DNA of 64,000 nucleotides from an uncultured bacterium (GCA_963843795.1 CAWJLW010000006.1:2294001-2358000), one strand, 5' to 3'; positions 41,388 to 52,080 are shown, counted from the stretch's first letter. Notes: a model not told the origin generated them from the sequence alone. Numbers and translations: made by a program.

Positions 41388-41957
41388 ATGCCCAAAAATC
41401 CGACGCTCCAAAAGCAAAACGCAGAAAAAAATCGCCGTTTAATGACTTATCTCATTGAGGGCGCGATCATTGTGATGGCGCTGCTGTTAGGCTTGTTGAT
41501 TCGGTCATCGTGGCTGGAAACGGCGGTGGTAATTTCCGATTCGATGCGTCCGACAATGAAACGCGGCGACCGTTTTTTGGTCGATCATCGGCTCGCCTTG
41601 CGGGGCAATTGGGAGCGTGGCGACATTGTGGTTTTCGAGGCGCCCGAAAGCTGGGGTGGCGGCGACACGCTCATCAAGCGCGTTATCGGTTTACCCGGCG
41701 AAATTGTCGCCATTGCCAACGGCAAAGTCATTGTCGATGACAAACCTTTTTCCGAGCCTTATGTGAAACAAGCGCCGGAGCCGATTTCGATGCGGCCGGT
41801 GAAGCTAGGGCCAGACGAATACTGGGTGATGGGCGACAATCGCAACAATTCCGAAGATTCGCGCACCAATGGTCCGCTGCCCTCCAGCGCGATTACCGGT
41901 CGCGCGATTTATGGATTGTCACCATGGGGCGCACTGAAAAAACCCGATTATAATTAA
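41388..41957 (+). CDS. lepB: Signal peptidase I
   Basis: TM helix, SDSMRPT, IKRVIGLPGE and MGDNRNNSEDSR; start may be 41379. Confidence 0.93.
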   Translation: MPKNPTLQKQNAEKNRRLMTYLIEGAIIVMALLLGLLIRSSWLETAVVISDSMRPTMKRGDRFLVDHRLALRGNWERGDIVVFEAPESWGGGDTLIKRVIGLPGEIVAIANGKVIVDDKPFSEPYVKQAPEPISMRPVKLGPDEYWVMGDNRNNSEDSRTNGPLPSSAITGRAIYGLSPWGALKKPDYN

Positions 41958-41966
41958 CCTTTGCTG

Positions 41967-42545
41967 TTAACTTTTGCTTTGAAGCGTGGGTTTTTCGCCT
42001 TTGGGCGCGCGAAACGTCCAGAATTTGGCGGCGGAAAAATTCCAGATCACCACAATCGGCACCGCGCACAGCGACGCCAAAACGAAAATGCGCGGGTCTT
42101 CGATATTGGTGTGTTTCATGTTTCCAGTCAGGGCAATCAGGAAAAATTTACTGAACACCAAGTTCAAAATCAGTCCGATGATGTTGGTAACGATGAACTT
42201 GAGATACTGTGTGCGCGTGTCGCGCTTGCCGAGTTCGGGAGCGTGTTCGACCCGAAATGTCCACAATCGGTTGCCGATGAAACCATTAGTGACTGCCACA
42301 CAGAACGAAACCGATTGCCACAACCACCACGGCGTTTGCGGCGCATAGTGGCTGGCTAACAACAGCAGCAGCCAATACAACCCCTTATCAATCACCGTAC
42401 TGACGCCGCCGACGATGCAAAATTTCACCAACTGACGCACGCCCGGACGCGACAAAAAGCCGGTGCCGTTGGGCGCGCTTGGCTGAACAACGGAAGCTTC
42501 GCCCGAAATGGTTTCGCCAGAAACGGCTTCACTGGATTCAATCAT
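41967..42545 (-). CDS. GtrA family membrane protein
   Basis: QLVKFCIVGG, NRLWTF and WNFSAAKFWTF; four TM helices. Confidence 0.9.
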   Translation of the reverse strand: MIESSEAVSGETISGEASVVQPSAPNGTGFLSRPGVRQLVKFCIVGGVSTVIDKGLYWLLLLLASHYAPQTPWWLWQSVSFCVAVTNGFIGNRLWTFRVEHAPELGKRDTRTQYLKFIVTNIIGLILNLVFSKFFLIALTGNMKHTNIEDPRIFVLASLCAVPIVVIWNFSAAKFWTFRAPKGEKPTLQSKS

Positions 42546-42662
42546 AATTATTTTCACTTCTCATCCGCATTAAAGCAGACTCTGTTATTTTATCGCAAAT
42601 TATTGATAATATCAATAATAGTTGTTCGCAAGTACCTGCCATAAGTTTTTCGCTTATTTTTT

Positions 42663-44609
42663 ATGAAAGCGCGTGTTTTCGCATCGCCACATTTCTGGCC
42701 ACTGTTATTCCTCATTACGCTGTGTTGCGCACTGTGGGCCGATGTTTTATTTGGTGGCCGAATCTTGCTGCCGGGCGAGATGCTGCGCGGTTTCGCGCCT
42801 TTTGGCAGTGACGCAAACGCGCCATGGACGATTTTAAAATGGGATGCTTTAGCACAATATACGCCGTGGCGTATGTTCGCTGCGCGCGAATTAGCGGCGG
42901 GTCGCATTCCCTTATGGAATCCGCATCAATTTTCCGGCGCGCCGTTTGTCGCGAACGGCCAAAGCGCAGTTTTTTATCCGCTGAACGTGCCCTTTTGGAT
43001 ATTTGATGTGCCGCGCGCTTTCGGCATCGTGGCGTGTTTGCATTCGCTTTTGGCGATGTGCGGAGCCTATTTTTTGTGCGTGCGCTGGCAATTGTCGCGC
43101 GTGGCGGCGCTGTGCGGCGCGACGGCGTTCGGCATGAGCGGTTACTTGATTTCGTGGAGCGCGCTGCCAACTTTGAGCGAAACCGCTTCGTGGCTGCCGC
43201 TGTTAATTTTGCTGTTCGAGCGCACGACTGACGAAAAGACGCGCAGCAGGTACTTGCAACAACTTTCACTATTCGCCATTGCGTTGTGCTGCGCATTGTT
43301 GGCTGGACACGCGCAAATCTGGGCATTTCTAGTGATTGCCTTAGCATTGCGTGCGCTATTTTTATGGCGCTGGAGGGCGCTGCAAGTACTTGCGGGCGGC
43401 GTTCTGTGGGCAATCTGCTTATCGACACTGCAATTGTTGCCGCTGCTGGAATTAGCGCGTTTAGGGCATCGCGCGGGCGCAACCGCAAGCGCGCAAGGTT
43501 GGGCGCAAATTCAACTTAATGCGCTGCAACCATTCGATTTACCCAGTTTGATAGTTCCGAACTGGCCGCAATGGTCGTGGAGCGAAAATTTTGGTTATCA
43601 AGGCGTAGTCACGCTGGTTCTGGCATTTATAGCGATGGGAAGCGGAGTCAAAAAACTGCGCGCTTTGAGTTGGCGTTCGCCAAAGTTCTTCGCGATGGCA
43701 TTAACGTTATGCGGCTTGATTTACGGAATGGGTTTGCCGCCGACTTCGCTGGCTTATTTTTACATTCCAGGCTGGGCGCAGTTGGCGGGCGCGGGGCGCG
43801 CGCTGCTGTGGTGGAATCTGGGAGCGTCGTTGCTGGCCGCGTTCGGTATTCAAGCCTTGTCGCAACTGCTGGCGCGCTCGCGGCCCAAAGATCGGCGGCT
43901 CGTGTTGAGTTTAATCTTAGTGTGTTTAGTTGTTGAATTAGGTTTCAATGCGTGGAATAATCGCGTCACTTCTGCGCGCGCGGAAATTTATCCACAAACC
44001 GCATTAACCAGTTGGCTTCAAAAAAATCTGAAAAGCGATGAACGCGTGGCGTTCATTACGCCGCGCGAAGGTTGGTTCCCCAGCGAGCAATGGCAAGCGA
44101 ACGGGCGCAATCATCCGCCAGGTGTTTTACCGCCCAATGGCGCGATGGTTTACGGCTTAAGCGATGTCGGCGGCTACGATTCGCTCGCACCGCGAGCCTA
44201 TCGACAGTTCATCAACGAGGGCGAAGGGCGCGATGTCGCGCCGCTGTACAACGGAAATATCGTCTTGCCCGCTGCCGATAACGCAAATTTCCCCGCGCTA
44301 AAGGTACGTTATATTGTGACTTTGGAAAGCCAACGCGCGCCCGGAACGGAAGTTTGGCGCGGCGAAAATGTGGTCGTTTGGCGACAAGAGTTGCCAAACG
44401 GCAAGGCGAAAAGTGGGGCCGATTTTTATCCGGGCTGGCATGAAGGCCAATATCAGCCGCAAAGCTTTCGTCTGGGAGCGTGGATTTCGCTGTGCGCGCT
44501 TTTCCTGTGCGCTTTTGTCGGCGCTTTACGCAACCTCAAAAAGGAAAAACTGTCTTCACCACACTCGTTTTCTAGTGGTATACCAAAACAAGAACAAGGA
44601 GAAGTATGA
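42663..44609 (+). CDS. YfhO-like polytopic membrane protein (putative GT-C)
   Basis: GRIPLWNPHQFSGAPFVANGQSAVFYP, LAGHAQ, GGYDSL, FYPGW and YQPQSFRLG. Confidence 0.82.
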   Translation: MKARVFASPHFWPLLFLITLCCALWADVLFGGRILLPGEMLRGFAPFGSDANAPWTILKWDALAQYTPWRMFAARELAAGRIPLWNPHQFSGAPFVANGQSAVFYPLNVPFWIFDVPRAFGIVACLHSLLAMCGAYFLCVRWQLSRVAALCGATAFGMSGYLISWSALPTLSETASWLPLLILLFERTTDEKTRSRYLQQLSLFAIALCCALLAGHAQIWAFLVIALALRALFLWRWRALQVLAGGVLWAICLSTLQLLPLLELARLGHRAGATASAQGWAQIQLNALQPFDLPSLIVPNWPQWSWSENFGYQGVVTLVLAFIAMGSGVKKLRALSWRSPKFFAMALTLCGLIYGMGLPPTSLAYFYIPGWAQLAGAGRALLWWNLGASLLAAFGIQALSQLLARSRPKDRRLVLSLILVCLVVELGFNAWNNRVTSARAEIYPQTALTSWLQKNLKSDERVAFITPREGWFPSEQWQANGRNHPPGVLPPNGAMVYGLSDVGGYDSLAPRAYRQFINEGEGRDVAPLYNGNIVLPAADNANFPALKVRYIVTLESQRAPGTEVWRGENVVVWRQELPNGKAKSGADFYPGWHEGQYQPQSFRLGAWISLCALFLCAFVGALRNLKKEKLSSPHSFSSGIPKQEQGEV

Positions 44610-46069
44610 AAAAACCGTTATGGGTAGTGGCAGCTGCGGTCGCACTTTCGGGCGCGGCTAACGTTTCGTGCGTGCGCGCTGCGGAAGTGACTTTGTCGTC
44701 AATGGAAATCACGCGCGCCGAGCAAGGCTGGGGGCCAATCGGACGCGATAAATCGGTCAGTGGAAAGCCGCTCAGCGTCGCTAGGCGCACGTTCGCTTCG
44801 GGTTTTGGCACGCACGCACCTTCGGAATTATCTATCAAAGTCAATGGCGCGACGAGCTTTCAAGCGCAGGTCGGTGTCGATGATGGCGCCGACCAAACCG
44901 GCAGCGTACAGTTTCAATTGATTGGCGATGACAAAATGCTGTGGCAAAGCCGTTTGTTAAAAAGCGGCGACGCGCCTCAGATGGTGAATGTGGGTTTGTA
45001 TGGCGTGCAATATCTCACGCTGCGCGTGACCGATGGAGGAGATAATATGTCGAACGATCACGCCGATTGGGGCGCAGCGAGCTTTCAAGTGACCGGCGAA
45101 GTTCCCGTTACCGTTGATCGCTTGCCCTCGCAAGCCGGACAAATTTTGCCTGGCCGCAGTTGGAATGATACTCAGGGCAATCTGATTCAGGCGCACGGTG
45201 GCGGTATTCTCAAACGCGGCAACACGTATTATTGGTATGGCGAAGATAAATCGACCGGCTATAACAATAAGGTCGGCGTCAACGGTTACGCTTCGGAAGA
45301 TTTGGTGAATTGGCGTCCCATGAGCACGGTTTTCAAAGCCAGCGATATGCCGGAGAAATTTCGCGAAGGCGGCGTCGCCGAACGTCCGAAAGTGATTTAC
45401 AACCCTAAAACCGGCAAATATATAATGTGGATTCACATGGACACCAATGGTTATGGCACGTCCGAAGCTGGAGTTGGCATCGCCGATAAACCCGAAGGCC
45501 CGTTTACGTGGCTGAAATCGTTTCGCCCGATTCAAACCAGTACTTATCGCGACATGGGCGTTTTCGTCGATGATGACCAAAAGGCCTACGCGATTTATTC
45601 GGGCGAAGAAAACCAGACCATGCACGTCGTGCGCTTGAACGATGATTACACCGATGTCGAGCGCCCGATGAAAGAAGGCGAAACTTGGGCACGCATTCTG
45701 GTCAAACGCGCGCGCGAATCTCCTTCGCCCTTCAAATATAATGGCAAATATTACCTGATTACTTCGGGCACAACCGGCTGGAATCCCAATCCGGCGAGCT
45801 ACGCGGTTGCGGATAACATTCTGGGGCCGTGGAAGGAAATCGGCAATCCGATTACCGGCGAAGGCGCGAACACAACGTTTCGTTCGCAAAGCACTTTTGT
45901 TCTGCCCAGTCCGAGCGGCAAAAAAGGCGAATTTATCTACATGGGCGACCGCTGGAATTCCAAAGATTTAGCCAATTCGCGTTATGTCTGGCTGCCATTC
46001 ACAATTAAAGACGATGGCACGTTCAACATCGAGTGGCAGGATAGCTGGAAGCCGGAATTTAAGAAATAA
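44606..46069 (+). CDS. Secreted NPCBM/NEW2 plus glycoside hydrolase family 43 protein (GH43_24-like)
   Basis: GTHAPS, VGVDD and NDHADW (NPCBM); IQAHGGG, ERPKVIYN, RESP, SQST and MGDRW (GH43). Confidence 0.88.
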   Translation: MKKPLWVVAAAVALSGAANVSCVRAAEVTLSSMEITRAEQGWGPIGRDKSVSGKPLSVARRTFASGFGTHAPSELSIKVNGATSFQAQVGVDDGADQTGSVQFQLIGDDKMLWQSRLLKSGDAPQMVNVGLYGVQYLTLRVTDGGDNMSNDHADWGAASFQVTGEVPVTVDRLPSQAGQILPGRSWNDTQGNLIQAHGGGILKRGNTYYWYGEDKSTGYNNKVGVNGYASEDLVNWRPMSTVFKASDMPEKFREGGVAERPKVIYNPKTGKYIMWIHMDTNGYGTSEAGVGIADKPEGPFTWLKSFRPIQTSTYRDMGVFVDDDQKAYAIYSGEENQTMHVVRLNDDYTDVERPMKEGETWARILVKRARESPSPFKYNGKYYLITSGTTGWNPNPASYAVADNILGPWKEIGNPITGEGANTTFRSQSTFVLPSPSGKKGEFIYMGDRWNSKDLANSRYVWLPFTIKDDGTFNIEWQDSWKPEFKK

Positions 46070-46140
46070 GCTGTAACCGTGACTTTTCCGAGCGCAGAAA
46101 ATTCAAATCGAATTTTCATTCTCCTGATAAAAGTTCAATT

Positions 46141-46174
46141 AAACGTGCCCTGCAAGTACTTGCGGGGCACGTTT
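46141..46174 (+). terminator. Motif-centred hairpin followed by a T-run
   Basis: AAACGTGCCCTGCAAGT|ACTTGCGGGGCACGTTT(TTT), one U.G wobble. Confidence 0.65.
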
Positions 46175-46235
46175 TTTGTCTCCTATTCGTTGCAAGTACT
46201 TGCCATACTGTTTTGCGTCGAATTTTTGATTTCTC

Positions 46236-48812
46236 GTGACACCGATTTCTTCCGCCACTTCTTCTCCGCCCGCGCATTTTGCGGGCGGTGGTTTTTTACG
46301 CCATCGTGGGGGCGACATCATCAAAGGGCGTTACCGCGTTTTGGAGCCGCTGGGCGGCGGCAGTTTCGGCACGGTGTATCGCGTTTTGGATCAAGCCGTC
46401 GGTGTCGAATTGGCGTGCAAAGAAATGCACGTTTTAGACGATGTGCGCACGCCCAACAACGAGCGCGCGACGGCTTTAGAATGGTTCAAGCGCGAAGCGT
46501 TGAATTTGGCCACGGTGCGCCATCCGCACATTCCCGCCGCTTATTTCGAGCAGGAAGACGGTGCGTGGCGCGTTTGTCCGCAGTGCGGATTAGATTTTCC
46601 CGATTCCCAGTTTTGTCCCGATCACGGCGCGCCCTTATTGCCGGTCGAGCAGCGTTTTTATCTGATGATGGATTTCATCGACGGCCCGACGCTGGAAGAA
46701 ATGGCCGTCAATGCTTTGGGCGACACCGGACGACCGCTGGACGAAAACACGGTTTTGCGTTGGATCGAACAAATCGGCGGCGCGCTGCGCGCACTGCATC
46801 GCGTCGGCATCGTGCATCGTGACATCAAGCCGGAAAATATCAAAATCCGCACGACGGATGATGCCGCCGTTTTGTTAGATTTCGGCTTGACGCGCAAAGC
46901 TGAAGAAGCGGGCGGCTACGGCACTTTGCGCCAAAGCGGAACCGGCCACATGGGTACGCCGGGCTACGCGCCGCCCGATTTAAGCGAACTGACGCATCCC
47001 GAAGCGCGCTCGGATATTTACGCGCTGGGCATGACTTTGTATCGTTTGTTGAGCGGACGCGACCCACAAATCGCCGATGAATTGGCACAAATGCGCGCTC
47101 ATCCGCCGCGTTTTTTTAACTCAATGATTTCGCCCGCGACCGAAGCCATTATCACGCGCGCCATTCAAGCCAATCGCACTCGGCGTACGCCGCAAATCGA
47201 CGATTTGCTGGACGAATTGAAAGCCTTGCGCGGCGATACCCATTCCGCCGTGACGCCGTTTATTTTCGCCGATGGCACACGCGCGCGCACGCCGCAGGAA
47301 TTGCTGCGTTTGGTCGAAGCGCGACGTGACGAAGCGGCGAATTATTTATGGAACGGCATGCTGGAACGCTGGCTTTTGAGCGCCGGTTACGCGGCGGGCG
47401 CGCAAGCCGCAGTCGATAGTCGCACGCGTTGGCCACAACACGCGCCGCGCGCGCTGGAATGGTTTCGCCGCGCCTTGCAGCCGCCGAATGCCCCCATGCC
47501 GCTACCTGAAATCGAACCCAAATCGCTCGATTTCGGAACGCTGGAAAGCGGGCAAACTCACGCATTGACGCTGCACCTCCGTTCGCGCGATGGCTATGGT
47601 TGGGGCAACTTATTCACGCTGCTGCAATCTGGCCCGCGCGACTTAAACGCGACCGACGATGCGAAGAAAGATACCGCGCCGCGCGAAGTACCGGGTTTAT
47701 CTCTCGCGCGCGAATGGGAAAATCAAAGCGAAATCCGCTGCACCCTGGACACTTCGCACCTGATGCCAGGCGATTATATGGGCGAAATCATCGTGCGTGA
47801 TGCCATCGGCAGTGCGCCCAGTGGCGCGGGCACAATTGTCGGGCGCGTGCCGCTGCGTTTTCGCGTGCGCGCCTTGAACCTGCGCGTGCAACCGGCGCAA
47901 CTGGAATTCGGCACAGTCGCCATCGGAAAAGCGGCGCGTTTGGGTGTGCGCGTTTTGAACGAAGATCACCTTTCGCGCGGAATTGTGCGCGGCGCAGTTC
48001 ATATCGCAGCGGGCGCCGGTCCAGTGAGCGCGCCGGATAATATCGAAGGCGAAAAAGTGTGGCAGGTTGAAATCGACGCGGGTCGGCCCGACGCAGTGGC
48101 GCGCCATTACGAAAGCGCGATTAACATCGATAGCAATGGCGGACGCTTGCGCGTGCCGATTCGCTATCGTATCGTGTTGCCGCCGCTGCGCATTGCGTGG
48201 CTTTTACTGTCGCACATCGCGCTATTCGCAGTGGGCGCAGGTTTGGGGCGTTTCGCTTATGCGATTATCAATCCGGCTTATGCGATGCGCTGGCTCAGCG
48301 ACAAGGGCACTCTGGACGCGCCGCAAATCGCCGGTTTTGGCGCACCGCTTTTGTTGGGTGCGTTGATTGGAGTGACGATTGAAATTTGGCGCAACACCGG
48401 CCAAGGCCATTTGTCCAACGCCGCCACGACACAGGGCTTGCAAAGCCGTTCGCAAACGCCGCGCGGACGTTTCAACCCCTTGTTGCAATCGTTGTTGCTC
48501 AGCGCAATTATCGGTGCGATTATTGGTTGGCCGCTGCTGTGGCTGGGCCACTGGCTGTTATGGGGCAGCGGCGATTGGTTGTTGCGCCCGCTCAATGGTT
48601 TGTGGATACCGCTATCGCGCGTGCTACACACGGATATTGAAACCCTCGCGCCGTTTGCGTGGGCAACGAGCGGCGGCGTATTCGGCGCACTGTGGGGCAC
48701 AGGACGCGTGCTGACGATTCTCAATCGCCCGTGGGCGCGCTACGCAGTACTGACGATTTATGGCCTCATTTTCCTAATCCTGCTGGTCGCAGCGATGCTG
48801 TTCACCGGCTGA
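46236..48812 (+). CDS. Hanks-type Ser/Thr protein kinase with zinc-ribbon insert, Ig-like region and C-terminal TM helices
   Basis: LGGGSFGTVY, ACKE, HRDIKPEN, DFG, GTPGYAPP and SDIYALG. Confidence 0.92.
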   Translation: MTPISSATSSPPAHFAGGGFLRHRGGDIIKGRYRVLEPLGGGSFGTVYRVLDQAVGVELACKEMHVLDDVRTPNNERATALEWFKREALNLATVRHPHIPAAYFEQEDGAWRVCPQCGLDFPDSQFCPDHGAPLLPVEQRFYLMMDFIDGPTLEEMAVNALGDTGRPLDENTVLRWIEQIGGALRALHRVGIVHRDIKPENIKIRTTDDAAVLLDFGLTRKAEEAGGYGTLRQSGTGHMGTPGYAPPDLSELTHPEARSDIYALGMTLYRLLSGRDPQIADELAQMRAHPPRFFNSMISPATEAIITRAIQANRTRRTPQIDDLLDELKALRGDTHSAVTPFIFADGTRARTPQELLRLVEARRDEAANYLWNGMLERWLLSAGYAAGAQAAVDSRTRWPQHAPRALEWFRRALQPPNAPMPLPEIEPKSLDFGTLESGQTHALTLHLRSRDGYGWGNLFTLLQSGPRDLNATDDAKKDTAPREVPGLSLAREWENQSEIRCTLDTSHLMPGDYMGEIIVRDAIGSAPSGAGTIVGRVPLRFRVRALNLRVQPAQLEFGTVAIGKAARLGVRVLNEDHLSRGIVRGAVHIAAGAGPVSAPDNIEGEKVWQVEIDAGRPDAVARHYESAINIDSNGGRLRVPIRYRIVLPPLRIAWLLLSHIALFAVGAGLGRFAYAIINPAYAMRWLSDKGTLDAPQIAGFGAPLLLGALIGVTIEIWRNTGQGHLSNAATTQGLQSRSQTPRGRFNPLLQSLLLSAIIGAIIGWPLLWLGHWLLWGSGDWLLRPLNGLWIPLSRVLHTDIETLAPFAWATSGGVFGALWGTGRVLTILNRPWARYAVLTIYGLIFLILLVAAMLFTG

Positions 48813-48845
48813 GAAGACACTGCAAGTACTTGCAGTGTCTTCTCA
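48810..48845. repeat. 36-bp perfect palindrome whose left arm includes the kinase stop codon
   Basis: TGAGAAGACACTGCAAGT|ACTTGCAGTGTCTTCTCA. Confidence 0.9.
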
Positions 48846-48888
48846 TTCACATTTCACACTGCAAGTACTTGCAGTAGTATTTTCCTTC

Positions 48889-50001
48889 ATGCGTTTATTG
48901 CATCTTCTCGAAGCCGCACAGGGCGGCACTCGGCGCCACGTTCTCGATTTGCTACCACGCCTGGCCCGACGCGGCTTTCAATGTGGCCTGATTTATTCGT
49001 CGCGCCGCTATCCCGCTTTCGTCCACGACGCCGCACATCTGGAAAGCCTCGGCGTAAAAACTTGGGACGTGCCCATGGCGCGCGGTTTCGATCCCATTAC
49101 TGATGCACGCGCTTTAAAAAATATCGCTGCGTGCATTAGGGAATTCGAACCCGATTTGCTGCACAGCCATTCCTCCAAAGCCGGACTTCTGGGCCGCATA
49201 GCCGCGTTTGCCCAACGTGTGCCCGCTGTTTACACACCGCATTGCATCGCCTTCGACACTCAACTGCCAATGCGCCAACGCCGCGCGGCGCGACTGGTCG
49301 AAACCATGCTCTCGCCTTTGACCGCGCATTATATCGCCGTTTCGCACGCCGAACGCCGCGCCATTGCGCGTTTGTCCAACATCGCCAAACAACGCGTCAG
49401 CGTAGTGAATAATGGAATTGATTTACCTGCGCTCGATGCACTTCTGCAAAATAATCAGCAGCAAAAAATCAACGATGGTCCGATAATCGGCTGCTTCGGA
49501 CGCTTGACGCCACAGAAAAATCAAGTCGTTCTCATTCGCGCTTTAGCAGTTTTACGACAGGAAATGCCCGCACGTTTATTATTGGTCGGCGGCGGCGAAG
49601 ACGAAGCACAGTTGCGCCGTCTGGCGTGCGTTTTGAAAATGGAACCTTTCATCGAATGGACGGGCGAATTGGAAGAAGCGCGCCCGCTTCTCAATCGGTG
49701 CGACATCGTGGCGCAGCCTTCGCGCTGGGAAGGCTGTCCATATTCGATTCTAGAAGCGATGGCCGCGCAACGCGCTCTGGTTGTTTCGCCGCTACCACCT
49801 TTGCGTGAATTGTTATCGAACGAAGAAGCGATTTTCGCGCGCGCCACGCCGTATCATTTCGCATCTGCGTGCGCCGAATTGTGGCGCGATGAAACGTGTC
49901 GCGACGAGATTGCACGTTGCGCACGCGCCCGCATCGAGCGCGATTTTCGGCTGCGCGATATGGTCGAAAAAACGACGCACGTTTATCGTGAACTTTTGTG
50001 A
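48889..50001 (+). CDS. Glycosyltransferase family 4
   Basis: HSHSSKAG, GRLTPQKN and PSRWEGCPYSILEAMA. Confidence 0.93.
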   Translation: MRLLHLLEAAQGGTRRHVLDLLPRLARRGFQCGLIYSSRRYPAFVHDAAHLESLGVKTWDVPMARGFDPITDARALKNIAACIREFEPDLLHSHSSKAGLLGRIAAFAQRVPAVYTPHCIAFDTQLPMRQRRAARLVETMLSPLTAHYIAVSHAERRAIARLSNIAKQRVSVVNNGIDLPALDALLQNNQQQKINDGPIIGCFGRLTPQKNQVVLIRALAVLRQEMPARLLLVGGGEDEAQLRRLACVLKMEPFIEWTGELEEARPLLNRCDIVAQPSRWEGCPYSILEAMAAQRALVVSPLPPLRELLSNEEAIFARATPYHFASACAELWRDETCRDEIARCARARIERDFRLRDMVEKTTHVYRELL

Positions 50002-50145
50002 TGCAGCAAGTACTTGCTGCATCACCAAGCAGATAGACAAGGTCAAATACAAAACCTGAGTCCCAACTAAAACATAAGAACTCTCGTAATATTCGGCATC
50101 GAATAGCTGATTTTTGCAGTGCGAGTATTTGCAGAATTTAATCGT

Positions 50146-52080
50146 TCAACGCGTTGCCACAACATTTTGTGGCAGCACAATTCCCTGCCCTGAAGGATGA
50201 AATTCGGGTACAAAACTCGGCACTTGGACGGCGCGCCCGGCCAGTTCGCTCATCGTGACACAGCGATAACCACGCGCGCGCAGTTCATTCAGCAAAATCG
50301 GCAACGCCTTCGCGGTTTGCGGTGCGGAATCGTGAAATAACAGTACTTGTCCCGGCGCCAAACGTTGCAGCACACGGTTGACAATTTTTTGCGGATCGGG
50401 TTGTTCCCAATCGCCGGAGTTGTTGCTGGTATCGGCGCGCACCATCTTCAAATCGTGCAGCGCGTTTAAGGCTTCGAGCGAATAATGACAACCGGGCGCG
50501 CGGAACCAGCGCGGCGCGATGCCAATCACATTTTCGATGATGCGATTGTTGCCCGCGATTTCTTCATGCCACTGCTCGGCACTTAACTTTACGCCCTGAA
50601 AATGGTGCCACGAATGATTGGCGATGTCGTGTCCTTGAGCAGCTTCCTGACGCAATAAATCGGGATGTTTTTCGACATTGCGGCCGACGACAAAAAACGT
50701 TGCGGGCACATGGAAACGGCGAAGTTGTGCCAAAATTGCTGGCGTGCCCGTGGGATGTGGGCCGTCATCGAACGTCAAGGCCACGATTTTTTCATCATCC
50801 AAACCATTGGAAAACGTTGTCCACGGAATCGCGTTTTGCACGCTGCGCAACTGCGCATAATTGTCGCGCGCCAGAGTCGCGGTCTGCTGTTGCAATAATT
50901 GCGATTGCGCATCGTCCAAACGCAAAACAGTGCGCCCATCTGCCGTGCCAGGCTTGTCAATTTGCGGCGCAATGGCGCTTGTTAAAGCGCCGCGTCCAGT
51001 TGTTGTGGTTGCATCCAACGATAATGCCGGACGACGCGTATCACGCGGCGCGCCCAGTGGCGCGGTCGCGCGCAATTCTGGCGCGAGCATAGAAGGCGCA
51101 TTTTCTATCATTGCAGCGCGCGGAAAATTGGTGACGGGTGCGGTCAAATCTTCTATGTTGATATTTTCGCTCAAAAGCGGCGGTTCTTGGGGCGCGGCGC
51201 GTTCGATATGCGGCGGCGACACAGCGCGATTTTCCATCACAACGTCGCGCGTCGGAGAAATAGACACTGCAAGTCCTTGCGGCGTGTTAGTCTCGTTGGG
51301 CGCGATACTAAGCGTGGGTGGCGGCACACGGCGCGACCAATCGTCGCGGCTCAATGCGACGTGCGAACTGGATTCAACGGGAGTTTGCGTGCGTGAAGTT
51401 TCGTCAAACGAGTTCACATTCATCGCGTGACGCGCGTCTTCGTTTTGCGGCGCGCGATTGACAATTGGCGGCGCGACAGGTAGTGGAATCGGCGCTTCGC
51501 GCATCGCCAGCGTTGTGCGTGGAGTAGCAGGAGCAGCTACCATCGGTGCAGATTGTGGCGCGGCAAGGAGTTGTTCTTGCGCTGCGGGCGCGGAAATTTG
51601 CGGAGGCGTGCGAACTGTGGCAACGGGCGCGGCAAGTACTTGCGGGCTATAGGTGTTGGGCAGGCCTTCGCGCAACAGCACAAGGCGCGCGCGCAAAATG
51701 GTTTGATCGCCCTCGTTTTGGAGCGGGCCGATGGCGATAATTTGCGCGGCGTTGCGCAAAGCGGCGAACTCCAGCGGGCGCAATTGACCATCTGGCGTCC
51801 ACATTTGCGTGGCGTCATCGGTGGCGATCAAGCGCGTGGCAGTTTCGCGCGCCGCGCCCATTTCAACTGCACCGCCTTCGGCGCGCATCACCAAAACATC
51901 GGGCTGCAAACGCAAGAGGCCGCGCTTGGAATCTAAACCGACAATCGTACCATCCAGACGCCATTCGCGCGTGCGGGCCGCCATTTCATTAGGTGTATTT
52001 TGCGCGCGCGCGGGCAGCGCCATGCACGAAATTGCAACAGGCCACAACCACAGGGCGCGCCGATTTATTTTAGCTTTCAT
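50146..52080 (-). CDS. Secreted polysaccharide deacetylase (CE4/NodB) with N-terminal beta-barrel domain and Pro-rich linker
   Basis: ALTFDDGP, NHSWHH, FRAPG and LLFHD. Confidence 0.9.
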   Translation of the reverse strand: MKAKINRRALWLWPVAISCMALPARAQNTPNEMAARTREWRLDGTIVGLDSKRGLLRLQPDVLVMRAEGGAVEMGAARETATRLIATDDATQMWTPDGQLRPLEFAALRNAAQIIAIGPLQNEGDQTILRARLVLLREGLPNTYSPQVLAAPVATVRTPPQISAPAAQEQLLAAPQSAPMVAAPATPRTTLAMREAPIPLPVAPPIVNRAPQNEDARHAMNVNSFDETSRTQTPVESSSHVALSRDDWSRRVPPPTLSIAPNETNTPQGLAVSISPTRDVVMENRAVSPPHIERAAPQEPPLLSENINIEDLTAPVTNFPRAAMIENAPSMLAPELRATAPLGAPRDTRRPALSLDATTTTGRGALTSAIAPQIDKPGTADGRTVLRLDDAQSQLLQQQTATLARDNYAQLRSVQNAIPWTTFSNGLDDEKIVALTFDDGPHPTGTPAILAQLRRFHVPATFFVVGRNVEKHPDLLRQEAAQGHDIANHSWHHFQGVKLSAEQWHEEIAGNNRIIENVIGIAPRWFRAPGCHYSLEALNALHDLKMVRADTSNNSGDWEQPDPQKIVNRVLQRLAPGQVLLFHDSAPQTAKALPILLNELRARGYRCVTMSELAGRAVQVPSFVPEFHPSGQGIVLPQNVVATR

